The notes beneath the pieces were generated by a model that was not told the DNA's origin, made no database searches, and saw only the letters and a list, made by a program, of their open reading frames with translations. Shown in pieces: positions 27,677 through 36,306 of a stretch of 64,000 nt of DNA; the stretch's first letter is position 1; the number at the start of each line of letters is the position of its first letter. A program made the position numbers and the translations under genes. The DNA is from an uncultured Anaerolineales bacterium (GTDB taxonomy: Bacteria; Chloroflexota; Anaerolineae; UBA1429), in NCBI GenBank assembly GCA_964651255.1, contig CAZYWU010000007.1, positions 7,817 to 71,816 of the forward strand, read 5' to 3'.

Positions 27677-30472
27677 CTAGGGATGGGCGATGGTGATCGG
27701 GCCAACAGGCATCCGCTCATCCAACAGCGGCCGGCCCCCGACGTCACTCGCTGCCCAGCGCGCCAGTGTCATCGGATCATAGAGGCCCACATAGAGCATG
27801 TACTCGCCATCCACCGCATCGGCCGGGACGCTGAGCTGATAGCCGTCAGTGATCACCTCGCCGGCGCGCCAGCCACTGGTGGGGCGCTGCCAGTGCACCG
27901 GGACCGCATCGACCTGGGCGATGACAGCACCCGTTGGATCGACGAGGTGGACAAAGACTTTGGCGTCCGGCAGGGGCTCCAGATTGGCGCGCCAATAGAG
28001 CGTCAGCGCCAGCGAGTCGCCTGGACGCGCGTGAACAGAGCTCAGATCGTAACCCAGCAGCTCTACGCCCTCTCCAAAGTGAACACCCGAGTTGTGTTCC
28101 ATCTCTGGCACAACATAGTTTCTGAGAGAGGTTGATGCAACGACCCCACCCAGACTCAGGCTGCCATAGAGCCCTGGCACGCTGAGCAAGACGTCATAGC
28201 GCCCGGCTGGCAGGTCAGGGAGTTGCAGCCTGTAATAGGCATGGACCACCTCGCCAGCGACCCAGGCACTGGTGGCATGTTGCCCTGCCAGGGGAAGGGT
28301 CTCGCTGTATACCGGGTGACCGGCCGCGTCAGCGAGCTGCAACGTCACGACATGATCCTCTGCCGGTGCGCGCAGCGCCTGCCAGGTCACGTCCAACTCC
28401 AGTTCTGGCGACACAAGCTCCTGCCCATCCAGCGATTGGTGGGCGATGACCGCCAGATCATCGCCGAACAGGGTGCCCTGCTGCGCTTCGCGCACGGTGG
28501 GGCCCTCCGCGGTCAATTCCACCCTTCCAAGATCCACCGCAAAACCGGCGCTCTTGCCTTGCGCGCTCACAGGAAAAGGTACCGCTGCGCTATCCGCCAC
28601 GACAAACGCCAGCCGATATGTGCCTGCCGGAATCCCCTCAGGAAGAGGCACTTCGAACAGCTGGTAAACCGTGTCACCGGGCTGCCACTGCTCAGGCATA
28701 AATCCCAGGTCAGTGTGCTCACTCCAGAGTCGCCCTGCCTCGTCCAGCAGGTGAACAGAGAACACGCGTCCGTCGCTCGTGGTCTTACTCACGCGCCAGG
28801 TGAGCTCTACCGCCAGAGGCTCATCGCGCGGCGCGCTGCCGGCAGATGCCCAGCCCAATACCTCAATCTCGCCCACCGACGCAATCGCAGGCGAGTCGCG
28901 CAGCGCCTGTACCACCTCCTCTCGGAGACGGTAGATCTCCAGCCCGACCTCGCCGGCGGGATCCAACACCCGCCGCTCCAGCTCTGCCACAACTGGCAAA
29001 CGAGCCTCGATATACGGTTGCGACACGCCCAGGTCTCGAGGCCAGTAGACGACTGTCTCAGCCCCGGCGCGTGACGGAATCACGATGGTACGATTCTGCA
29101 CCAGCCAGAGAGCATCATGCATCCGTGGCTCCAGAAACACCGCCGTGGGGTGACGGTAGTGCTCCGCGATCACAATTACGGTATCCCCCGCATCCAGTGC
29201 GGCACGGGCATCGGCTGCAGCGATCTGGTAGGGCGCATGAAAACGGTAATAGTTCTCGGGTAGCCTGGCCCACACGCCAAAGTAGGTACGGGCCGCCCAG
29301 GCCCCCTCGAGAGCCAGCACCATTGCCACGGCGATTGTCGCCACATGTTGCCGGCCTTGTGCGTGCGCCGAGATCCACGCGTGGGCGCGCTCCAGACCCA
29401 GTGCTGCGAGTAGATAGATCGCCGGCATGATGCCGGTCATCCGCTGGCTCTGGGGCATGATGTCATCGGTGAGGACAGCGGGGAGGCACATGCCCAGTAC
29501 CCAGATCGGCAGCAGGCCGTACTCGACCCGCCTGGGCTGGCGGAACACCCTCACGAGCCCGATCAAGAAAAAGATCGCCATCACGGGCGTAAAGATCGGT
29601 TTGCCCGGCAGGTTGAACATCGGGCGCGGATCGCCCCGCACAAAGAGCCCGCCCAGATTCTGCACCAGGTTCATGCTCATGGTACGCAGCCAGGCGGCCC
29701 AACCCCCTTCTGATTCAAAGACGAGCACCTGGCTGGCGCGCTCAACGAAATCCGCCGGGTGCTGGAGAAAGTGGAACCCCAGGGGCGCAAAGACCAGCGC
29801 GGCGACCAGAACCGCCAGGGCCGCGCCTCCCAGCCGGCTTTTCGCCCGCTGGCGGTCCACCGCCAGGATGTACAGCGCAAAGAACACCAGCGTCACCGGA
29901 AAGAGCCGCGCGGCCAGATACGTGTACAGCACCAGACCAACGCACAGCCCCGCCAGCGCCATGTACCCGAGGCGACGATCGCGGTAACCGCGCCACAGGA
30001 AGGTCACGGCCAGGCATTCCAAGGGGGGGATCAGGATGTTGGGGTAGCCATTACGACTCATCGACAGGTGCCAGTAATTGCCCGCCATGACTGCCGCTGC
30101 CAACAGCCCGGCACGACGACCATAGAGCTCACGCCCAAGCAGATAGAGCGCGGGGACGCTGGCGATCCCGATCAGAGCAGAGGTGAGGCGGAGCGTGACA
30201 GCGGTGCTGCCGAATAGCGCAAAAATCCCGGCCATCAAGTACATGTAGAGAGGCTCGCGCCCGGTATAGCCCGAGAAAAAGACTGGCCAGTACCCAGGCC
30301 CGATCTGGCGAGCCATCAGCCCGTAAACGGCCTCATCAAAGTGTAGAGCGGGCGGGGCGCTATCCAGCAGCACCAGGCGTCCTGCGGCCCCCGCGAGGGT
30401 GACGCACAGCAACCCCAGAGCAAACAGGCGATGGCGAGCGGCGCTTGATGTCGGCAGTTTTGCCCCTGACAC
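27677..30472 (-). CDS. GT39/ArnT-like (PMT_2 fold) membrane glycosyltransferase with a large (~450 aa) extracytoplasmic C-terminal domain
   Basis: About 11 predicted TM segments in the first ~450 aa with the DE-like loop (HFDEAVYGLMARQ) typical of 4-amino-arabinose / protein-mannosyl transferases. The soluble C-terminal half has no recognisable motif. Confidence 0.7.
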   Translation of the reverse strand: MSGAKLPTSSAARHRLFALGLLCVTLAGAAGRLVLLDSAPPALHFDEAVYGLMARQIGPGYWPVFFSGYTGREPLYMYLMAGIFALFGSTAVTLRLTSALIGIASVPALYLLGRELYGRRAGLLAAAVMAGNYWHLSMSRNGYPNILIPPLECLAVTFLWRGYRDRRLGYMALAGLCVGLVLYTYLAARLFPVTLVFFALYILAVDRQRAKSRLGGAALAVLVAALVFAPLGFHFLQHPADFVERASQVLVFESEGGWAAWLRTMSMNLVQNLGGLFVRGDPRPMFNLPGKPIFTPVMAIFFLIGLVRVFRQPRRVEYGLLPIWVLGMCLPAVLTDDIMPQSQRMTGIMPAIYLLAALGLERAHAWISAHAQGRQHVATIAVAMVLALEGAWAARTYFGVWARLPENYYRFHAPYQIAAADARAALDAGDTVIVIAEHYRHPTAVFLEPRMHDALWLVQNRTIVIPSRAGAETVVYWPRDLGVSQPYIEARLPVVAELERRVLDPAGEVGLEIYRLREEVVQALRDSPAIASVGEIEVLGWASAGSAPRDEPLAVELTWRVSKTTSDGRVFSVHLLDEAGRLWSEHTDLGFMPEQWQPGDTVYQLFEVPLPEGIPAGTYRLAFVVADSAAVPFPVSAQGKSAGFAVDLGRVELTAEGPTVREAQQGTLFGDDLAVIAHQSLDGQELVSPELELDVTWQALRAPAEDHVVTLQLADAAGHPVYSETLPLAGQHATSAWVAGEVVHAYYRLQLPDLPAGRYDVLLSVPGLYGSLSLGGVVASTSLRNYVVPEMEHNSGVHFGEGVELLGYDLSSVHARPGDSLALTLYWRANLEPLPDAKVFVHLVDPTGAVIAQVDAVPVHWQRPTSGWRAGEVITDGYQLSVPADAVDGEYMLYVGLYDPMTLARWAASDVGGRPLLDERMPVGPITIAHP

Positions 30473-30640
30473 GCGACTGTCTCCTTTGAGATCCCCGATT
30501 TCGCGCGGATTATCAGCGGGCCACAGGCTCCTGTCAAAACAGGGCGTCGCCGGACCACGGCGGACCCGTTGCCTTTGCCGGTTGGCCGCCCCATGGTTGT
30601 GGCCTAGAATGGATTGCCGAATCTTCCAGGGGAGACCTGC

Positions 30641-31927
30641 ATGGGAAATCTGGCCCGGCTCACCTTTATCTCGTTCCTCCTCTTTATGTCGCGAGGCATC
30701 GTCGGCCCTGTCTCGTCGCTCTATTCGGAATCACTGGGCGCCGATTATGTGGCCATTGGGCTGCTCGGGACCGTCTCCTCGTTTACGGCGGTCCTTGCCA
30801 GCGCCTTATGGGGGACTCTATCGGACCGGATTGGGCGCCGCAAGAACATTCTCGTCGCCGGGTTATTCTTGCTGTCCCTGGCGGAGATCCTGGTGGCCAC
30901 GGCTCCTGGTTACCGGTATCTGTACGCCTGGAACATGCTCAGTGCACTGGCCACAGCCGCCTACAGTACTGCCAGCCTGGCCCTGATGGGAGATCTCCTG
31001 GAACAGGGCAACACCACGCGGGGGCTGCACATGGGCACGTACCGAGGGCTGGCCTCACTCGGTTTCGGCCTGATGGCCCTCATCGCCGGGACGGTGACTG
31101 ACAGGCTGGGCCTCTCGTCGCCATTCTTTATTGCGGCGGCTCTGGCCCTGTCCGCGGGACTGGTGGCGCTCTTTGTCCAGGAGCCAGCAGGGCGGCCGCC
31201 TTCGCACGGCGCCGTGCGCGCATGGCTGCGACAGGCGCCAGAGGACCTCGCGCGCAAGATCCGAGGTCTGACGCAGGTGATAGTGCAGATCGGCCGCAGT
31301 ACCCGGCCCACGCCAGAGGCCGAGACGACAGATCGATCTCCTGCGTTGCCGCTGGCGCCTTTGCTGCTCGCCTCTCTGCTCTGGTCGCTGGTCACGGGAG
31401 CGGTATACGCAGTATGGGCCAACTATATGGTGACCGACATCGGATACACACCCACCCTGATGAGCCGCCTCTGGGCGGTGGCATCGCTGAGCGAGTTTCC
31501 GTTGATGATCCTCGCTGGCTGGCTGTCGGACCGTATAGGCCGTCTGCCGATGCTCAGCCTGGGCTTTGCCGCCTGGTCCCTGGTGTTTGCAGGGTATATC
31601 GCAGCCCCGATGATGCCGTGGATCATCGGCGTGCAGCTGCTTCGGGGCTTTGCCTACTCGGCATTCACCGCCACAGCGATGGCCTATGCGGCGGAGGTGC
31701 GGGGCCGCGATCAACGCGGGCGGGTCTCCGGGCTGTACAGCTCCGCCGGGGGGCTGGGCTCCATCCTGGGGGGTGCAGTGGGAGGCACTCTGACGCAGTT
31801 ACTGGGTTTTCGCGCCATGTTTGGCGTCAATGCGGCGCTCATTCTGGGTGGCGCGATCTATCTGGCGATTGTAGCCATCCAGCATCGTCAGGCCATCGCC
31901 CGGTCGGCCAGTGTCTACCCATTGTAG
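30641..31927 (+). CDS. MFS transporter
   Basis: 12-TM pattern, the MFS loop motif GTLSDRIGRRK, and a GGGAGA RBS before the ATG at 30641. Confidence 0.8.
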   Translation: MGNLARLTFISFLLFMSRGIVGPVSSLYSESLGADYVAIGLLGTVSSFTAVLASALWGTLSDRIGRRKNILVAGLFLLSLAEILVATAPGYRYLYAWNMLSALATAAYSTASLALMGDLLEQGNTTRGLHMGTYRGLASLGFGLMALIAGTVTDRLGLSSPFFIAAALALSAGLVALFVQEPAGRPPSHGAVRAWLRQAPEDLARKIRGLTQVIVQIGRSTRPTPEAETTDRSPALPLAPLLLASLLWSLVTGAVYAVWANYMVTDIGYTPTLMSRLWAVASLSEFPLMILAGWLSDRIGRLPMLSLGFAAWSLVFAGYIAAPMMPWIIGVQLLRGFAYSAFTATAMAYAAEVRGRDQRGRVSGLYSSAGGLGSILGGAVGGTLTQLLGFRAMFGVNAALILGGAIYLAIVAIQHRQAIARSASVYPL

Positions 31928-32014
31928 AGAGCATGTCGACGCAGCGAGATCAGCACCATCAGCAGCGGCGCGGATCAGGTGATCCGGGCCGCTGAACATT
32001 CTCAAAACACCAGG

Positions 32015-33385
32015 CTATGCCTGGTCTGGAACGGGCGGAATGAACTCCCGCTCCATCATCGTATCGATCATCGCGCGTGCCGTCGCAATGCGCGCCACGG
32101 CTCCGTCAAAGAGCGCTTGCTCGCTCAACGCAACGCGCGCCAGCCCCTGCTCAATCGCTTTGAGCCCCACGGCTGTGGCCTCGTGCGCATAGAGATCCGG
32201 CTCTTGCATGTCTGGCACGATGTGCTGGTCGTCCAAACCCCGGGCCTCGCCGAGATCCGCCAGCGCCTGCGCTGCCGCCAGGCACATCTCATCGGTGATG
32301 GTGCGGGCGCGCACATCCAGCGCGCCGCGAAAGATCCCGGGAAAGCCCAGAGAGTTATTGAGCTGGTTGGCGAAATCCGAACGGCCGGTTCCCACGATAC
32401 GCGCCCCCGCATCGTAAGCCTCCCAGGGCCAGATCTCGGGGACCGGGTTGGAGCAGGCAAAGACAATACTATCCGGTGCCATATCCTTGACCCACTCTGG
32501 CTTGATCGTGCCAGGCCCCGGGGCAGCAAAGGCGATCAAGACATCCGCTGACCGCATGGCCTCCGGTAGCCCGCCGCGCAGGTCGTCCGGGTTGCTCTCG
32601 GTGCACAGGAGGTACTTGTCGGGGAACTCGTCCTGGCGCGCGATGACATCCTCGCGCTCGCAATGCAGGATGCCCCGGCTGTCGCAGGCGACCACCTGTT
32701 CCAGGCTGACCCCGCTGGCCCGCAGCAGGCGCAACGTCGCCACGTTCGCGGCGCCCATCCCCACCATGGCAAAGCGCGTATTCCGTATGTCGCGGTTCGT
32801 CAGCTTGAGGGCGTTCAGCAACCCGGCCAGCAGCACGGTCGCTGTGCCCTGCTGATCGTCGTGGAAGACAGGGATCTCGATCGCAGGATCGGCGCGCAGC
32901 GTATCGAGCACGTCGAAACAGCGGGGCTGAGCGATGTCTTCGAGGTTGATGCCCCCAAAGGTGGGCTGGATCAGCCGCACCGTGTTGACGATATCCTCGG
33001 CCGACCGCGTGTCCAGACATAGGGGAACAGCGTCCACACCGCCCAGATACTTGAACAGCAGGGCCTTACCCTCCATCACCGGCATGCCGCCACGCGGGCC
33101 AATATCGCCCAGGCCAAGCACGCGGGTGCCATCGGTGACGATGGCCACGGTGTTGGCCTTGTTGGTGTACTCATAGACCAGCTCTGGCTCGGTCGCAATG
33201 GCGCGACAGGGCGCTGCGACGCCAGGCGTGTACCAGATCGAGAAATCGTCCCAGTCGCGTACGGGCACCTTGGCCATCGTCTGGATCTTGCCGCGGTAAA
33301 AGGGGTGCAGGCGCATCGCATCAGCCGAGGGCCGGTTGGCCCTGGCCAGTTCCTCATCATGGTTCATTGGGGCGCTACCGGCCAT
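32015..33385 (-). CDS. NAD(P)-dependent malic enzyme (short, non-fused type)
   Basis: Malic_M and NAD-binding blocks (VTDGTRVLGLGDIGP, GGINLEDIAQPRCF, MVGMGAANVA). About 450 aa. The exact start is uncertain. Confidence 0.85.
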   Translation of the reverse strand: MAGSAPMNHDEELARANRPSADAMRLHPFYRGKIQTMAKVPVRDWDDFSIWYTPGVAAPCRAIATEPELVYEYTNKANTVAIVTDGTRVLGLGDIGPRGGMPVMEGKALLFKYLGGVDAVPLCLDTRSAEDIVNTVRLIQPTFGGINLEDIAQPRCFDVLDTLRADPAIEIPVFHDDQQGTATVLLAGLLNALKLTNRDIRNTRFAMVGMGAANVATLRLLRASGVSLEQVVACDSRGILHCEREDVIARQDEFPDKYLLCTESNPDDLRGGLPEAMRSADVLIAFAAPGPGTIKPEWVKDMAPDSIVFACSNPVPEIWPWEAYDAGARIVGTGRSDFANQLNNSLGFPGIFRGALDVRARTITDEMCLAAAQALADLGEARGLDDQHIVPDMQEPDLYAHEATAVGLKAIEQGLARVALSEQALFDGAVARIATARAMIDTMMEREFIPPVPDQA

Positions 33386-33399
33386 GAGGTCCTCCTCCT

Positions 33400-34341
33400 C
33401 TATACATTCGATGAAACGAGTTCCGCCTCTGATACGATGTCCACGGGCGCCGCAACTGGCTCCGCGGGGAGCAATCCCTCTGAGCGAAGCACCGTCTTGA
33501 GCGAGGCAATCGCCACCTCGAGCATGTCCAGGCTCGGCTCCCGCGTGGTAAGCTGCTGCAGCGCCAGCCCGGGGGCCATGATCGCCCGGACGACCTTGCT
33601 ACGATCATAGTTACGCGCACTGAACTTTATCATCTCATAGGCGATGCCAGAGACGATGGGGATCAGCACAAGCCGCGAGAGGATCCGCATGGGGATCGAG
33701 GGACGACCAAAAAGCGTCGAGACCAACACAAAGATCACCAGCACCACCAGCATAAAGCCTGTACCGCACCGGGTATGCACCCGGGAATAACGAGCAGCGG
33801 ACTCGGGCGTAAGCTCGGCGCCGCTCTCGTAGGCGTTGATGGTCTTGTGCTCGGCACCATGGTAGGCAAAGACGCGGCGAATGTCCGGCATCAGTCCGAT
33901 GATCGCAATGTACCCGACAAAGATCGCCAGGCGTATCGCGCCCTCGACCAGGTTACTGAGGAGGCTGGACGAGATATAGGGGTCCGTGAGGCTGGTGAGA
34001 AACATCGGCAGCAGGAAAAAGAGCCCCACCCCAAAGGCAAGGGCCACGGCCACCGTTCCCCAGGCAAGAGGCCCGGTAAAGCGCATCTCCTCATCCTCTC
34101 CCAGCGCGATATCGCTCGACCACATTAGCGCCCGCATCCCGAGTCCGAGGGAATCCCAGAGAGAAATCAACCCCCGTAACAAGGGCAGTTTGAGCCAGCG
34201 GCTACGGTAACCGGCGGGCAACGTCTCCCTATGCTGGACGATCGCCCCACTTGGAGCGCGTACCGAAACCGCCCATTCCTGCTCGCCGCGCATCATGACG
34301 CCTTCCATGACCGCCTGGCCCCCGTAATTCAGACTACTCAT
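33400..34341 (-). CDS. DUF1385 family (YqhQ-like) membrane-associated metal-dependent protein
   Basis: AYHGAEHKTINAYE core motif. ATG at 34341 with a GGAG RBS (the track ORF starts at an upstream GTG). Confidence 0.75.
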   Translation of the reverse strand: MSSLNYGGQAVMEGVMMRGEQEWAVSVRAPSGAIVQHRETLPAGYRSRWLKLPLLRGLISLWDSLGLGMRALMWSSDIALGEDEEMRFTGPLAWGTVAVALAFGVGLFFLLPMFLTSLTDPYISSSLLSNLVEGAIRLAIFVGYIAIIGLMPDIRRVFAYHGAEHKTINAYESGAELTPESAARYSRVHTRCGTGFMLVVLVIFVLVSTLFGRPSIPMRILSRLVLIPIVSGIAYEMIKFSARNYDRSKVVRAIMAPGLALQQLTTREPSLDMLEVAIASLKTVLRSEGLLPAEPVAAPVDIVSEAELVSSNV

Positions 34342-34400
34342 CCCAATGCTCCAGTCTTGTACCGACACTGGCCAGGCCAGCGCCAGCTATGCATCACTCG

Positions 34401-34997
34401 TCAGGCCGCACCGGGCCGGTGCGGCACACGATGACAGGCGCGGCAGCGAGCCTCATAGTTCTCGCTGGCCCCAACCTGAATAATGGGCTCCTCAAAGGCA
34501 GCGGGCTCACCGTCCAGCAAGCGCTGGGTACGGCTGGCCGGGGCACCACACACGACACAAATCGCCCGCAGCTTGGTAACCTCTTCCGCCAAAGCAAGCA
34601 GTGTGGGCATCGGCCCAAAGGGCATCCCCCTAAAGTCCATGTCCAGCCCTGCCACGATCACGCGGCGCCCCTCATCGGCAAGCCGGTTACATAGCGCCGC
34701 CAGATCCTCGCCGAAAAACTGCGCCTCATCGATGGCCACTACCTGCGTATCGGGTTTCACCGCACACGCGATGTCGACCGCATCCACCACCGGCGTGGCT
34801 TCCAACTGGCTCCCCGAGTGCGAGCTCACCCGCTCCGGGCCATAACGCGTATCCAGGGCATTGTAGAATACCTGGACCCTCTGCCTGGCGATCTGCGCCC
34901 GTTTTACCCGGCGGATCAACTCCTCGCTCTTGCCGCTGAACATTCCACCACAGATCACTTCCACCCAGCCACCACGACCAGCCTGCTCCGCCATCAA
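34401..34997 (-). CDS. tdk: Thymidine kinase
   Basis: P-loop [12 protein letters not shown], the AIDEAQFF motif and a C-terminal Zn lasso CVVCG...CRACH. Confidence 0.9.
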   Translation of the reverse strand: MMAEQAGRGGWVEVICGGMFSGKSEELIRRVKRAQIARQRVQVFYNALDTRYGPERVSSHSGSQLEATPVVDAVDIACAVKPDTQVVAIDEAQFFGEDLAALCNRLADEGRRVIVAGLDMDFRGMPFGPMPTLLALAEEVTKLRAICVVCGAPASRTQRLLDGEPAAFEEPIIQVGASENYEARCRACHRVPHRPGAA

Positions 34998-35054
34998 CAG
35001 CTCCCCCTTGAGGTGTGTCGGCCACCCGACGATTGTACCCCGCGCGTCAGAGAT

Positions 35055-35090
35055 ACAAAAAAGAGGCAGAGATGTGACTCTGCCTCTGTT
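35055..35090. terminator. Rho-independent terminator hairpin (10-bp stem AGAGGCAGAG/CTCTGCCTCT) with a T-run on the minus strand, downstream of rpmE
   Basis: Perfect inverted repeat at 35062-35087, followed on the minus strand by TTTTTTG. Also flanked by an A-run, so possibly bidirectional. Confidence 0.7.
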
Positions 35091-35138
35091 CTTTCCTCTC
35101 GCGAGGCATCAGCGTGCCAAAAGCACGACCGAAATTCC

Positions 35139-35477
35139 TTACTCCTGCTCGTCGTCAGCAGCCAGATCGATGGCCTCGACGTTCTCCTCATCGACGATCT
35201 CTACCAGTTGGCGCTCACGTTCGCGCCGCGCCTTGTCCTGCGCCCGGCTCGCGAGTTCCTGCCGCAGGCCTGAGGCCTGCTCAACGCGCCGGTTGAAGCG
35301 CTCCACCTGGCCGCCACGGTCTACCAGCCGCTGCGTCTGTCCCGTAAAGAACGGGTGGCAGGCGCTGCATATATCCGTGTGCAACTCGGGAACTGTCGCA
35401 CCGGTCACCCAGGTGTTGCCACATGAACAGATGACCCTGGCCTCTGGATAGTACTTGGGATGGATGTCTGCCTTCAT
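35139..35477 (-). CDS. rpmE: 50S ribosomal protein L31 (type A, Zn-binding) with a ~40-aa acidic C-terminal extension
   Basis: MKADIHPKY start. CxC...CxxC (CSCGN...CSACH). The tail after about residue 70 is Arg/Glu-rich and ends [20 protein letters not shown]. Confidence 0.85.
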   Translation of the reverse strand: MKADIHPKYYPEARVICSCGNTWVTGATVPELHTDICSACHPFFTGQTQRLVDRGGQVERFNRRVEQASGLRQELASRAQDKARRERERQLVEIVDEENVEAIDLAADDEQE

Positions 35478-35741
35478 TTATTGCTGCCTCCCCGCGTACA
35501 CAGAGACCTGCTTCCGCCCTCTGGTATACGGTTCGAATTTCACATAGCCATCGATGGTGGCGAACAGCGTGAAATCACGCCCGCAACCAACATTTTCACC
35601 GGGATGGATCCGGGTACCCACCTGACGAACAATGATCGTCCCCGCGGAGATCTCCTCACCGTCATAGCGCTTGATGCCACGCCTCTTGCCGGCGCTGTCC
35701 TGCTTGTTCGAGGTGCTTCCGCTACCTTTTTTGTGTGCCAT
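35478..35741 (-). CDS. rpmA: 50S ribosomal protein L27
   Basis: [12 protein letters not shown]...GRD canonical L27 N-terminus. Confidence 0.95.
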   Translation of the reverse strand: MAHKKGSGSTSNKQDSAGKRRGIKRYDGEEISAGTIIVRQVGTRIHPGENVGCGRDFTLFATIDGYVKFEPYTRGRKQVSVYAGRQQ

Positions 35742-35780
35742 CTGCCGCTCCTCCTCTGCGAATAGGACGTCGCCGCAACG

Positions 35781-36092
35781 CTAGGCCGTGATGGCCTCAA
35801 TATGCAAGCGCGTAAGATTCTGACGGTGGCCCTTTTTCACCCGGATGCGTTCCTTGGGCCGGTACTTGAAGATCAAGAGCTTGGGACCGCGAATCTGATC
35901 GACGACGGTGGCCTTGACGCGGGCCGTTGCGATCACGGGTGTGCCGATCTCTACGCCATCGTCCCCACCAATCATGAGAACGCGGTCGAGTTCCACCGTA
36001 TCGCCAGCCTGAACGTCCAGGCGCTCAACATCGACCGTCTGGCCAACCTGCACACGATACTGCTTGCCACCGGTCTCTACGATTGCATACAT
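35781..36092 (-). CDS. rplU: 50S ribosomal protein L21
   Basis: MYAIVETGGKQYRV canonical L21 N-terminus. GGAGG RBS. Confidence 0.95.
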   Translation of the reverse strand: MYAIVETGGKQYRVQVGQTVDVERLDVQAGDTVELDRVLMIGGDDGVEIGTPVIATARVKATVVDQIRGPKLLIFKYRPKERIRVKKGHRQNLTRLHIEAITA

Positions 36093-36276
36093 GGGGTCTG
36101 TCCTCCGAAAGCCTGATCAGCAGGCGGTCAGCATAGTCATCTGCGGTCAGCGAACCGCCAGACAGCGATTATACCCGTGCTCACTCTGGTGTCAAAATCC
36201 GCGCCAGTTACCTGCCACGAAACGTGCAGAACACCCTGTTCTTCCGCAATGACACTGTGTCGCCTGAAGCCGGTTG

Positions 36277-36300
36277 TGCTATACTCTCGACGTTGGAGGA
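36277..36300 (+). promoter_or_regulatory. Extended -10 promoter (TGCTATACT) and GGAGGA RBS upstream of glgX
   Basis: TGn-TATACT at 36277-36285 and the RBS at 36295-36300, 6 nt before the ATG at 36307. Confidence 0.45.
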
Positions 36301-36306
36301 GAGCAC

